Origin: Entomortierella parvispora E1425
Lineage: Eukaryota; Fungi; Mortierellomycota
DNA: 64,000 nucleotides
Assembly: GCA_020891255.1 (NCBI GenBank)
Contig: BQFW01000007.1
Coordinates: forward strand, 1,054,001-1,118,000
Direction: 5' to 3'
Shown here: one piece after another, positions 48,609 through 61,051 of the stretch
Position numbering within the stretch: position 1 is the stretch's first letter
Layout of the letters: each line of letters opens with the position of its first letter
Translations under genes and position numbers: made by a program
The notes under the pieces: generated by a model
Told to the model about the DNA's origin: nothing
The model's database searches: none
What the model saw: only the letters and a program-made list of their open reading frames with translations

Positions 48609-50639
48609 ATGAACCCGACATCGACTCATGCTGACTCGACCCTCGGAGAAGGCGCCGTGGATCCAGCGGCGGTTCTAGGAGAGACAAGACGCGGGAGAGG
48701 AGGTCGAAGAGGAAGAGGAAGAGAAGCAGAAGCAGGAATGGAACCAGGAGAGGGAGGAGAGGGAGGAGAGGGAGGAGAGGGAGAAGCATCCGCTCCAGGT
48801 CGAACGACCGCCCTCAAGCGATCGACCTTGACAGATGCTCAAAAGTACGAGATCTGTCTCTTCCTCAAGGGGACGGGCAATTGTGGTGAGGAGAAAATGA
48901 CGCATCGTGCCGTGACGAACTACATTCTCCATCGGTACAATGTCAAGGTCGACACCTCCACCATCTCTCGACTTCGTAAAGGTGCCGAGAAGCGACTCAC
49001 TCACGAGAGTCCAAATCCGTTATTGAAACGCCATCGCGCTGTCATGTTCCCAGAGCTGGAGAGGCGACTGACGGACTATATTGAGTCGAGTCGTGGGGAG
49101 ACTCGAATCACGGATGCCATGATTGTTAGCAAAGGGAAGGAACTTCGAGAAGAGCTGGCGATTGGACCAGAGCTCCTCTCCTTCTCGGCAGGATGGCTGA
49201 GTAAGTTCAAGATTCGAAACGGACTCAAGGTCAAGCAGGGCGACACGCTGCAGCCACAGCAGACCCTTTATCCCTTCAACGATCAACACCAGCACGCCCT
49301 TGCAGACGTGGACAGGAATGGTACGGAGGGCTTGACGGTTGTCCTTTCTCCTCCTCGGCCCATGGTCATTTCACATGGTTCAAGTCCTGGATCCTCAAGG
49401 CTTCGGCCTAAACCAACACTCATCAGCAATGCCGCACCTGCCGAGCAAGGAACTGCACCCTCCAAGAAACGGATCCGATCCAGGAGAGGCGTCGACAAGG
49501 ATGCTATCACCATCTCACCTCGACCATCACCCCCCATGGCATCACCCATGTTGCATTCGCGCTCACCTTCATCACCGCCGTCTCCAGTACTGGGTATGGT
49601 TGGGTCTAGCGCCATGGATCAGTATGGCTCTCGGTCTGCATCAGACATCTCTGACATGGACATGGATATGAGCGTAGGACCTGGCATTGAGGATGATATA
49701 GACGACAGCATGCCTACCGATCATCTTCAACCTACGTTGCCGACCTTGGACTATTCTGGTAGCAGCTATAGCGACGACATCAGGAGCGAGAGTCCGTCTA
49801 TGTCTGTCACTGGATCCATCACAGGTTCTTCAGATCGGCAACCAAAGTCCAAATCACCAGCTTCAGTAGCCCAAAGCAGCACTATGGTCCGAAGAGGCCG
49901 ACAAAACCGACCTCAGGCCCTATTATCCAAGATTGCTCGTATTGATGCCGAACTCTCGCTATCACCTTCGTCGATTCTCGAGGGAAGCGTCAACTCACCA
50001 ATACCGTCGGCATCCAACACGGCACCATCTCTACCGTACACAATACCCTTGGGGACCACCAGGAGAGAGCTGGTGCTTCGTCCTACAGCAGCAGCAGCAG
50101 CTACGCCGATGACACCTTTTGCTGCACATTATGTCCCTCCTACTCCCCCTTTGTACATACCGACCGTAACCCCCATCACTGCGAGGCCCATAAGCGCTCT
50201 GCCCTCCATGATCTCTAATACCGTCACGTCAACGGTCTTGCCGTTGCCCTTTGCCGTTCCCACCCTTGCTTCCAACACGACGACCACCTCTGCGGCGAAG
50301 ACAGCGAACCCTTCTACAGTCCACTCCTCAGCGGCTTTGTCTTTTGCGACGACGACTGCCTCCGCCTCCCTACCAGAAACTACAGCGACAACGTCTTCGA
50401 CCATGAGCGGTCCTTCACAAACCCTGGCCCATAGAGTTCTTCCTACAGGGGCCGTACATGAGCAAGAGGACGAGGATGAAGAACCAAAAGTGGATTTCAA
50501 GGAAGCAGCGGCCTGTATCAACACTCTGCGGATATTTATGGAGCAACAGTCCTTTGAAATGGAGCAGGTTCATCATCTTCAGCAGATCTACTTGACATTG
50601 AAACGGAAACGGCAAAGCTCCAAGCCGAATGGTTCATAG
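48609..50639 (+). CDS. CENP-B/Tc5-pogo HTH DNA-binding protein lacking the DDE domain (domesticated transposase-like)
   Basis: LTDAQKYEIC...VDTSTISRL (HTH-1), then FPELERRL...ITDAMIVSKGKEL...FSAGWLSKFKIRNG (Tc5 HTH). The long S/P/T-rich middle has no DDE-like segment. A pogo-like C-terminal helix (EAAACINTLRIFMEQ) closes the intron-less ORF. Confidence 0.85.
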   Translation: MNPTSTHADSTLGEGAVDPAAVLGETRRGRGGRRGRGREAEAGMEPGEGGEGGEGGEGEASAPGRTTALKRSTLTDAQKYEICLFLKGTGNCGEEKMTHRAVTNYILHRYNVKVDTSTISRLRKGAEKRLTHESPNPLLKRHRAVMFPELERRLTDYIESSRGETRITDAMIVSKGKELREELAIGPELLSFSAGWLSKFKIRNGLKVKQGDTLQPQQTLYPFNDQHQHALADVDRNGTEGLTVVLSPPRPMVISHGSSPGSSRLRPKPTLISNAAPAEQGTAPSKKRIRSRRGVDKDAITISPRPSPPMASPMLHSRSPSSPPSPVLGMVGSSAMDQYGSRSASDISDMDMDMSVGPGIEDDIDDSMPTDHLQPTLPTLDYSGSSYSDDIRSESPSMSVTGSITGSSDRQPKSKSPASVAQSSTMVRRGRQNRPQALLSKIARIDAELSLSPSSILEGSVNSPIPSASNTAPSLPYTIPLGTTRRELVLRPTAAAAATPMTPFAAHYVPPTPPLYIPTVTPITARPISALPSMISNTVTSTVLPLPFAVPTLASNTTTTSAAKTANPSTVHSSAALSFATTTASASLPETTATTSSTMSGPSQTLAHRVLPTGAVHEQEDEDEEPKVDFKEAAACINTLRIFMEQQSFEMEQVHHLQQIYLTLKRKRQSSKPNGS

Positions 50640-51172
50640 ACGAAAAATTGCAAACCAAACAAATATACAAAACTAATCTAGAAAACCAGTAACCCCAGCT
50701 TGACATGTCCTTGTCATTTGTTATATTTGTTGGTGTCATTCCTTTATGGGGATCCTGGTTCTTTTTGTTGCTTGAATTGAACTCTTGTCTTTTTTAATAT
50801 GTATAAGAGGGAAACACATGCTTGGAATCCGTTTTTTTTTTTTTTTTTTTTTTTTTTTGGTTGATGAATGGAAAACAGGTTGAAAAGTCAAACCTGGTTC
50901 GAAAAAAAAGTCATTTTTGGCTAAAGGTTTTTGTTTCGTCAAATTAGTCGGTCATCACGTAGGAAAAAAAAGAGGAAGGAACTGAAAAAAGGGGCATATG
51001 AACTGAAGGAGTTGGGGGTAGTGGTAGGATATAAGCGGTCCATGATGAAATCATCGCGAAAAGACAGAAAGCGGGGATGTTGGAGGGGAACAAACGCGAA
51101 AGAAAATACAAGAAACGGGAGGGGGAGTGAGAGAGAGAGAGAGGGAGGAAGTGAAGATGCAAACTCTCCGGT

Positions 51173-52754
51173 TTATGCAGACTCGTTGCACTTCATGAAT
51201 CCAGCAATCGCCAACTCCTTGTCCTTTCCAGAATCGCAAAAGAAGAGATGGGATTCGCCGGTGTAGAGGTCGACGCGGAACGAGTTGGGGATCAAGACAT
51301 CCAAGGACGCATCCTGGATGTTGGTCACCCGTCCTCCCAAGCGCATCTCCGACACCGCCCCACGCGCGTCTGTCTCGTCTCTGTAAAAGGAAATGACCTG
51401 TCCGCGCATCACATAGAACCGTCGGCGCCAGTAAGGCGAACCATGGCTCTGGAGCGTGATGTAGCCCGACAGACCCGAGCCACGGAGCTTCTCCTGTTCA
51501 ATCAACTGTCGCTTCATGGCCTCGCGGGCGATCCGGTCCGATTCCTCCTTGCGTTTGCGTTCCAATTCCTGGGCCTGCTTTTGAGCAAACAGTTCCTGTT
51601 CACGCGCCTCGCGCTCCTGAGTCTCCTTTTGACGCTTGGCCACTTCGGCCCTCTTTTGACGCTCCATCTCCTCGCGGACCTTTCTTTCTGCGGCCTCAAT
51701 CTCCAACTGACGTTCTGTGCGGGGGGTGGAGATGCCGGAAGGAAGAGGTGATCCAGAGCGGGAGGTGGGGGGGTTAACCTCGACAGCCACGGGGGCTGGG
51801 GGACTCTGGTTATAAGAAGGAGTGGCGGGCGAGACTGGTGTTGCTGGACGGGGAGCAGCCACGGGGGAGGAAGGGATGACGGGTGAGCTGGGGTCGGGTG
51901 TAGGAGGGCCATCGACCAGTCCGAGACGGGTTCGGACCTTTTCCTCTGTCAACTCTGCAAGGTTGGAAGAATTGATCTGGATATGGCTGCTCTTGAACAA
52001 TGCACCGACGGCCTTGCCGTGAACAAGGGCACGCGCACGACGAAGACCACTAAAAGGAAACGAGTTGAGAAAGAAAGAGAAAAAAAAGATGAGAGAGAGC
52101 ACGATAATTATAATTTGGAGGGAAAGCGGACGAGGAAAGGAGGAGCTTTTTTTGTGTTCCCGGAGCGTTTGTGTCCATCTTTTTTTTTGTGGCCATGGTC
52201 GCACAGAATGCCGGTTCCCTTGTTGTTTTTCTTTTTTTCTGATACCGCAATTAAACGGGAAGGGGGGAGAGATGATGCAGGCAAAGGCTGCTGTCCCGAC
52301 TTTTCTGTTTGTCCTGCTGGAAAAGGAATTGAAAGACCCTTGTCGTTCATTCATATGTACCTGACTTGCTCGGACACATAGGCGAGGAGCGCGAATCGGT
52401 CCTCAATCCTCACGAATCCATAGAGGACTTCCTCCTTCAGGTTGGAGCGGAGCTCTTCCAGTCCTCCGCTGCCCTTGGAGTACAGCGAGATCTTGTCGCG
52501 GGTATCATGGTAACCGAGAATAAGCCTGTGTGGTTGTTGTATCCATTGAGAGAGTATGAAAGAAAGAGAGGACGAAAGAGAAAGTAGTAAAAGACAAGTT
52601 CGTTAGCACCCTTTTTCCCTTGCTTTCGTTCTCAGTCAGGAACAAAGAATCAGGCACCAGGCACGAAATACGCCCTTTACCAGTTGGTGGGTGCACCGCT
52701 GACAATGGCCTGGTAGGCCTCGAGGATGGCGGGATCAGTCAAGTCGCAGGACAT
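51173..52754 (-). CDS. ADF-H (cofilin-like) + Pro-rich + coiled-coil + PH-domain protein
   Basis: Exons give MSCDLTDPAILEAY..NWLILGY...GSGGLEEL..L.EEVLYGFVR...GLRRARALVH (Abp1/drebrin-type ADF-H). The last exon has WRRRFYVMRG..ISFYRDE...NSFRV..HLFFCDS (PH). Confidence 0.8.
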
Positions 52755-52939
52755 TGTGAATGGGTTCTGTTAATGAGAGGTGGAATGAGAAGAAGGGTTT
52801 GCAAGAAAGAGTATGGTTGCAGGAAAAGAGACAGAGAGAAAAGAAAGGAGGAGTATGAAGGATGGGTAGATAGGCAAAGGAAGAGAGGAATGAGAAAGTC
52901 GCGGTGCGTGTTAGTCCTTGTCTTTATGTACTGTACTGT

Positions 52940-52964
52940 CCCCTGTCCCCTGTCCCCTGTCCCC
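52940..52964 (-). repeat. (GGGGACA)n heptamer repeat, 4-tier G-quadruplex motif
   Basis: The minus strand reads GGGG-ACA-GGGG-ACA-GGGG-ACA-GGGG. Confidence 0.85.
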
Positions 52965-53490
52965 TATGCCCTGTCTCTCTGCTCCCTGAGGGCCAGGTCC
53001 CTGTCGGCGGGCCATGGCATCCGCCTCTGTGTTGATGTGTGTGTTGTCAGCAAAGGGACGACAAGGCGAGCCTTTGGATGCAGGGGGGCATTGAAGGGTC
53101 TGTTACTGTACAGGAGAGTGATATGTAACGGTCGAGGGGGGTCCAAAGAAAAGGGGTGAAGGTCAAAAAAGAGAGAATGAGAGACAGAGAGAGCGAGAAA
53201 AAGAGAGAGGAATGAGAGCCGAGGCGGTGGGGGAGGTGAAGAAGCGAAGGGAGGAGGATACTGTATGTGGTTGTGAGTTGGCCAAGGAGTAGGAACAGGA
53301 AAGAAAGGAAAAGAAAGGAAAGAGAGAGAATGGCCCAGCAAGATGGAAGGGAGGATGTTGACCCATTCGCCATCCTCATCCCTTTGCACCCACCGACCCA
53401 CCAACCAGCTCGTTGCCCAAACACAACGAGGACCACCACAATAGCAGCAGAGGCAGAGACGGGTCGAGGCGATGAGCAATTGCTCGGGGG

Positions 53491-53520
53491 GACAGACAGA
53501 CAGACAGACAGACAGACAGA
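53491..53520. repeat. (GACA)n microsatellite
   Basis: About 7.5 perfect GACA units. Confidence 0.95.
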
Positions 53521-54619
53521 TACAAAAAAAAAGACGTTACAGACCATTGAGAGCACACCAACTTCCTCCATCTCCTGCCGTCTCTCCGCCCGCAACAGAA
53601 CTTTGCTTCATGGACAATGGCCAGCAGACCGACAGGGCTCTCGGCCAAGTGAAGTGAAAAATGCGAGGTGAGTGATAGTGTTGCTGCTGCATTCCACCTG
53701 CAGCTCTCTCTCTATCTGTCTCTTAGTCCTCAACCACTTCTGCTGCAGGGGTCGAAACGAGGACCCAGTCATTCAGCGCCAGCGTGCAGACAGACATAGG
53801 CCAAGTGCAGATAGAGAGGACAAGGTCTCTTGAGTTCTTGGTAGCAACCATCATTCTCCTTTATTTGTTGGGTGCCCTGGCTGCTAGAACAGGCAGAAAT
53901 GATGAACAGGAATGAGCAGATACATACATACTTGAACAGACGATCGTTCCTTGAGTACGGTACTGTACCTCCTTCTGTTGGTACTGCAGCCAGTGTACTG
54001 TATGCATTCCTTCATTCTCTCCGCCAGATCCCTCCATCGATATATGGTCTGCGCGCAGTTTGAATCGCGCTAGATTTGATTGCATTTGTGAGTTTTTCCC
54101 TGTCCACTCCGGGGCTGTTCTTCTGTCCACCCGACCCTTTTCTGTCTCTTCATTTCAATTAATATTCCCTCCATTGTCAGCCACTCCGGGAAGGAGGGAC
54201 GTTCTATCTCTTCAACTCTGAATCGCGTGGCCTCCCCCCCCCCCCCCCATTCTGAGCACCTGTCTGTGGTTCCGTCAAGCCGTGGTGCCTACCACCCTCG
54301 ATCCATATCCTCACTAGTCGGATGCGCCACAGAACAGGGTGCCACAACCCGAAACAATCCAATCAACCATTCAATGCTCACAATAATTGTCTGTCTGACC
54401 ATGGCGGGAATGCTATCATGGACCATTGGTGACACCCTCCCCGCCACGTTTTTTTATATGATAGTTTCACTCATTCTTGTGTTTGCTCTTTCGATGGCGT
54501 GAGCATGTTGCCGAAAACAGCATTATTATGAACAGAAAAAGTAGATGATATATTTCGGTGGATCATATCCTTGCAAAACAGGTACCCGCATCATTTTTTT
54601 TTCTCCCAAGGTTATTCGT

Positions 54620-57600
54620 CTAGACCAGGTTCTCAAAGGCTTCCTCATCGTTGGCCGCGGTCATGGCTGCCCGGTCCTGATCCGAGGTGGCCAAACTCGA
54701 CATGTCGTCAAAGTCGAAATCACCCCGAACGGATCCTGTCCCTGTGGTGTTGACCTCCAACGACATATAACTCATGTTGTCGCTGATGTTGTCCAGTCGC
54801 TCCTCTACCAACGACGGATAGGGCCTCGCCGAGGAAGAGGAAGAGGATGAAAACGGTCCTCCGTGATCACCGTTGATACTACCGTTCAGGCTTCCATTCA
54901 AGATGCGAGATGATGTTGATGATTGGAACGAATCTTGATGACGAAGCTGAGGGTGGAATTGTCCATGATGGCCCGCATGATCCTCTTCCGTAGGGTCGCT
55001 CTGGCTCTCCAAAAAGACTTCCTCTTCCCCGTTATCTTTCTCAACTTCAACAGCTGTTGGCAAATTGACCAATCCGTGACCCGACTTGAAGTCTAGATGT
55101 CCATAAAATGAGGCACCAGAACTTAGATTCATCATACCATCGATAGAACTACACACCCACATAGGCGAGGCAAACCAGTTTCACGTTACCAGAAATAATG
55201 TCGCGATCGGCGACCGAAGTCCACTGACGGTAGGAGCGAGCAGACACTGGAACTTCGCTGGACGCCTTGATCGCTGCCTCCGCCTGTAATCCATATTCAT
55301 AGTCCGGGAACATGTCCGCATACTCTGTTGGGTCAGCAAGGCTCTCTGCAACTTTGGACTTGCCACCTGCCACAAGCGAATCTTTCCACAATTGAAGAAT
55401 ACGAGGAACCGCGCTATATGTCGACATAACATAAATGAGAGGTTAGAGCTCAAATATCTCCACTCAAGTCTCACTTGTTCGTGAGGAGAAAGTGAACATG
55501 GCCATTCCACTCACCTGGGAAGATAGGTCCTGGCCATCAGTGCCGCTTCTGGAATACGTTCCGTCTCGATCAAAATCGATATGCAATCCTCAACCTGACC
55601 AAGGGCGAGGTAGCAAGCAAAAGAAATGTTGGTCTTTCCTACCTCTTGAGCCATTTGAGCAAGGTTTCTCATGCCCTCGGCGTTTCCGCTGGAGGTGTAG
55701 ATCAACAGTAATCCACTCAGATCCTTTGCGTTCACAAAGCATTCCTCAGCTAAGTTGACCTTCCATTTGCTCATGGCGGTGTCACCCAACATCTTCCATT
55801 TTGATTCTGACCCGACCTCTCTTGCAATCACTACTGCAAGGTCCAATCGTCCAAGCTGGATCGCCAAATCAAACTTATGGTCTTGATCTGTCGTCACCTC
55901 CAACGCCATCTCCTTGAACTCTTGTGCTTCCAAGAACCGAGCAATTTTGTTCAGCTGATCATGGGGAATACGTGGCATCAATGAGGCAGCGGTCTCCATG
56001 TCGCTGCGAAGAACGGCGGTTTGATACTCAATGACAGTCAAAGATATGGCGTAGCTGACAATGTTCACATCCTTGTCCACGAGGTAGAGCCGATTATCAC
56101 GGGGGATATATCCAAGGAGGTAGCGTGCAGAGTCAAAGTGGACAAGTGTCTGCGACTGATCTCCAACAAGGTAGTTCAAGCGGTTCGACGTAGTGGTATA
56201 AATGAAACAATCACCCACCCATGCGCCAGTTTGAACGCTAACGACAAAAAAAAAAAAGGTTCTCGGTTAACAAAAAATATCTTTTCAAGCATTGACGATC
56301 AGGTGCACATGAAAATAAACGGTTACCTTTCTGGAATCTCTGTAACAAACTCAAGGGCCTCTTCCACACCTTCCTCACCGACTTCACCGCCAGCTTCGAC
56401 GAATTGAGTGTACGCAAGTCGATTGTAGCGCAAGACATAGAAACTGTCCTTGCAAGCAATGGTCATCAAATCACCCGTCTCGGACCAGAATACCTATGAG
56501 TAAAAGACTGTCAGCCCAGTGACAATGCCACATCACACAAACTCCCTACTCAAACACTCACGTTTTGTGGATCGCAATCGATTCGACGGACAGTGTGGCC
56601 AGTCTCCCAGTCGTACAGGTTCAAGAAGCTGGCACTTTTCACTCCCAGCAACGTGCCTCCAAAAATACCCTCAGCAGAGTAGTTTAGTCGAATCAGGCCA
56701 GGCTTCTCCTTAAAGTTCTTGAACACCTTGACCTTGGAGGTAGACTCCCGTACTGCGTATTCATTCGAGTCTAGCGCCCAAACAAACTCCAGGCCGCTTC
56801 CGAAACTCTTGTTCCTCCAAGCAAGGGCAGTGTAGATAATGTATTCACCATCACCGCACACAACAACGAAACGACCGTTAGGACTGTGCTGCAACGTCTG
56901 TGGATAGATCTCACAATTGCCGAGGTCCTTGGCTGGTGCAGCGATGCGCTCTCCATCCTTGATCTCCTCGCCCACGTTGGTTTTAATGTTCGCAGTTTGG
57001 ATGTCATTGTGCTTGGCCCAAATGATTTTCCCTCCATTATCCATGCTGACAGTAGGCTCTTCTCTTCCCAGCTATAAATTATCACAAGAACCGAGTTAAA
57101 TTAGCACGTTTCTTCAAGTTTGAAAGTTCTAATCAAAGATCATGTTTCTCACCTTAATGACCACAGACCCAAGGTCAAAGCCAAGGGCAACATCGTTGGT
57201 TCCCTGCCTGTATGCCATGGTCCATGCTCGGTTGAGACCATAGTTAAGAGTGTTTTCAAGTCGGTAGGTGTTAGCGTGCCAAACTTTAACACTCCCATCC
57301 TCGCTTCCAGAGATGATGATCGGGAGGTCTGGGTGGAACGATGCAAAGGTGACGTTCTGCGCATGTCCCTCTAGTGTCTGGACGCAGGTCTTGTTTTGGT
57401 AGTCCCAGACTTTAACAAGACTAGAAAAGGGCAAAAAAAAAATCAGTTATTGCAAAGCAGGCCTTCATTAACATGCAGAGTCATCGCAACAAGAATTACC
57501 AGTCATCACCGGCGGTGATAAGGTATGGCTTTTCACCCCCATAGTAATAGTCAACCCAGTTTACTCCCTTCTCATGACCTTCCAGCGTGATGTTGGCCAC

Positions 57601-58675
57601 ACTCGATCCCAACGACCAAATCTTTACGGTTCCATCGACGCAGGCGGACGCAAAAGTGTTTGTATCCTTGGGGTTAATCGTGATACACATGACAAAGTAA
57701 GAGTGTCCCTCAAAGGTCTATGCAGTTGTTTTTTTCCTAAGTGGTTAACAACTAGCTCTCCAAGACATACCTCCAAAGCTACCAGAAGGTTGAATGACAA
57801 ACCTGCATGCATCTCCAGCTCTTTTCCCAGTCCCAAAGACGGATTGTCATGTCATCCGATCCCGAGAGGACATAGGGCTGGGTTGGATGAACTGCCACAC
57901 ATCGGATAAAATCGCTGTGGGCATCCCAGCTGTGGACCTTTTCGTGAGTGTTGTAGTTGAAGACACGAAGCTGCATATCATCCGCTCCGGTGACTATCCA
58001 GTTTTTACGCGCAATGAACTTGGCAGCACGAACTATCAGAGTAGAAGGACAATAAAGGTTCAGTTCCTCGTGTCTTCGAGAGCTCTACAAGCATAGAGCT
58101 TCATTGCAAGCAACTTTTCGTTACCTGGCTGATCAGACACCTCGAACGTCTTGACCAGGGCCTAAGCGTTGCAAAAAGAAATATTACTCAGTATACTCCT
58201 TGGACATACAGCATCCTAAGGCTGTCCTGTCCTTTACTTTCAACAGTGTTTCAAAGTACCTGCGTCTCGTAGTTCCAGATGTATGCGTTTCCATCGTACA
58301 AACTGGCTAAAATCCATGGTTCGGTCGGGTGAAAGTCCATGGACTTGACACGCTCCGAATGCGCCAGCAGTTTTTTCTAAGAGAATAGAGAATGTCGCGT
58401 TCATGGAGTTGTTAGTATAAACTCCAAAGATGTTGGCAATGTGTGCTTGTCCGAGCATGGTGTCCATCAAGGAGGCTGTTTGAGACAGGTCCGAGATGGC
58501 CGCATGCATCATTACGACCCGGGGAAATGGTGGCGCTGGGTCCTCGTACCTTGATCTCTAGTTTCATGCCCTAGGAGTGACATTGTAGACAGCAGCTCGG
58601 TCAGTACAGGTTCTCATGATGGCCCCTCTAACGTCTATCTCTGCGACACGCGAGATGGCAGGGTGGCTGTACCAT
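54620..58675 (-). CDS. SEC27: Coatomer subunit beta-prime
   Basis: [28 protein letters not shown]40 repeats, [13 protein letters not shown]-like [28 protein letters not shown] and [10 protein letters not shown]. The first exon is probably ATG alone (58675-58673, GTACAG donor). Confidence 0.97.
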
Positions 58676-58836
58676 GATGTCGATTGATGTCCACAGGGAT
58701 GGGGATGTAAAGAGAAGGTGCGGTCAAAGCTCATGACCCGGACGGGGTCCATTTTTGGGCGAACGCCCTAGCGTCTATTTTTTGGGGATAATTTTTTTAT
58801 TTTTTATTTTATTTTTTATTTTATTTTTTACTTTTG

Positions 58837-61051
58837 TCAGGCTTTCCCGTTGATGACTTGGACTGCCAGGACGCCACCGTGGATCCGATCCAGGCTCATT
58901 TCCTTCCACACATAGCCCCAGCTGTCGAGCCAGTCGATGACCGCAGGCCGCAGCTTCGCCTTCTTGTTGATAGAATGATGACCTGTTCCGGTGACAATAT
59001 ACACTGTGCCAGTGTACAGTTCCTTCTCCAGCTTGGCCATGAATTCATCCAAGAACACCAGGGACTCCTCCACATGAAGTCCGTGGAGATCGATCCAGGT
59101 TTCGCCCTTGACCTCGCTCTTGATCATAGACTGATGTCTGGAATTGAATATTTGTCGACTGGCGTCCCGATGCGTTGCCATCATCAAATCGTTGAACTCT
59201 CGACCCTTGTTGGACAGTTGGGCCGCCGCAGCGCCGTCGTTGCGAAGGTAGGCCTGAGTAGCCATCTCAAAGCATCGGTTACGCTGCTTTGCATAGTCAA
59301 TCGCCTGTGCTCGAGATTTCAGGTAGGCGTTGTTCAATGTGGATCCAGTCTCCAGCCAGGGAACAGTTGCAGGAGCTGCCAGCAACTTGAAGGCCTTGCG
59401 TCGTTTTTCAGTGTCCTCTTCAGTCAAGACCGTTTGAAGAGGCGTCAGCGGTTTTGAGGCTGCTGCCGCCGCAGTCGCCAAATAAGAAATGCCCTGGCGA
59501 GCCAAAGGAGGTGATGCGATCTTGACCTTTTCCTGAAGCTGTGTTGTCAGTTCATCCACAGGACTAGAGCTGTTGACACTGCCATTGCTCTTGATGCTCT
59601 CCTGGTCCGTCTGACTGGCATGGCCGCCTCCATTCAGGAAATCCAGATCGGTGATTTTTTGAAACTTTTTCTTCTTCCCAGATTTCGCTGGAGCCTTGTT
59701 CTTGCTTACGGGGGCGCTTGCAGCTAATGAAGGGAAGTCAAAGTCGTCCATGGCTGGTGGTTTTTGCTTGACAACTACTGGCTCTTCCACGACTTTGCTG
59801 GCGTCTATGAAATGGTTGAACTCGCAGGTCTCTCCTTTCAAGCACTGTCCTTTCAGCCTGTCGTGTTGCCCATATTATGGTCAAGTAGTTAGAATATAAA
59901 GTCAACAGCTTTTCATGTTTTTTTGTCACAAAAGGACAACATCCTGCCAAAGAACGTACCAGAATTTGCACACCATTGCATCCAGATCGTGGCTGTACCA
60001 GCAGTCTTTTCTGAAACAGTTACCTTGCAAGAAGTGCCGACAAGTCTGCATTGAACGCGCAGATTGCTGGGGCACAAACTGAGCAAGCACATCCACTTCC
60101 TTTGATTTTTCGGCCATGAGGCGCGCCAATGTGCTTTCGAAATCATATCCAGTCTGCTCGAATGCCTTTTCAATCTTTTCTGGGCTTACGTCTCGGATAA
60201 TCAGCACCAGCATCTCCAATGGCGTCATATCTTGATCCAGGTTGGCTTCCTCGTCGTCACCAACTGAGGATCCGCCAAAATTATCCTCGGACGAATAAAA
60301 TATTGGTGGCGGATACAAAGGCTGCTGCTCCGTGGTGGAGGAGTGATAGCTCCCAAATGAGGGCAAGGTCCGAGAGTTGTTCAGTACTTCCAGATCCAAG
60401 GCGCTGGGTGGAGCAAACGGGTTGAACTCGTCGTCATCAAATGGATCCAAGGTGTCTCTAGGGCCTGAGAAGAACTGCGGCGGCTGCACTCCCTGATCTC
60501 CCTGAGCATTATTCACATCCTCATCGTCGTCGATCCTGGCCCATGAGTCGGGGTTCCTGCTGAGGTCGGCCTCTAGGGATCCGCTTCCGTTGCCTTGCTC
60601 CGTATATGGGACGTTTTGATCGTCCTGGGGACGAACAATTTGGATTGCTCGAGAACCACCAGAAGCAGGCGGGTACTGAAAATCCAGGGATGTCCCAAAG
60701 GAGTACAACGGTGCCTCCATCCAGAAGAGTCCATTCTGGGAATACTGAGTGAAAAGGTCGGCAACGGCATCCTGAAGGTTCACGTTTCCCTAAAGAAGAT
60801 GGTCGGGTTTGAAGATGCAATGTCAGTTGACGCGGAATGGGGACCATCTGAACTTCGGAGAAACGGAAGAATGTTACGATGCCTAGTTTTATTATATTTA
60901 CCAGGTCGCAGTTGGTTTCCAGACAGTCGTAAATGGTGGCGGATTTGTCTTCCTCGGAGAGATTACGGTCGTAAAGGACGCCGGTGATGTAGGGCTCAAA
61001 GTCCTGACCAAGGCCGAGACTGGCCAGGTAGTTTGCAATCCAGGTTGCCAT
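58837..61051 (-). CDS. CUE + tandem CCCH zinc finger + DUF1771 + Smr domain protein
   Basis: CUE-like EKAFEQTGYDFESTL, CRHFLQGNCFRKDCWYSH and CKFW..GQCLKGETCEFNH fingers, RNRCFEMATQAY (DUF1771), and IDLHGLHVEE...IVTGTGHHS (Smr). Three exons. Confidence 0.88.

Noticed and set aside
52964-53595. Several overlapping ORFs upstream of the ADF-H/PH gene
   Set aside because: They are products of purine/pyrimidine-skewed low-complexity sequence and microsatellites.
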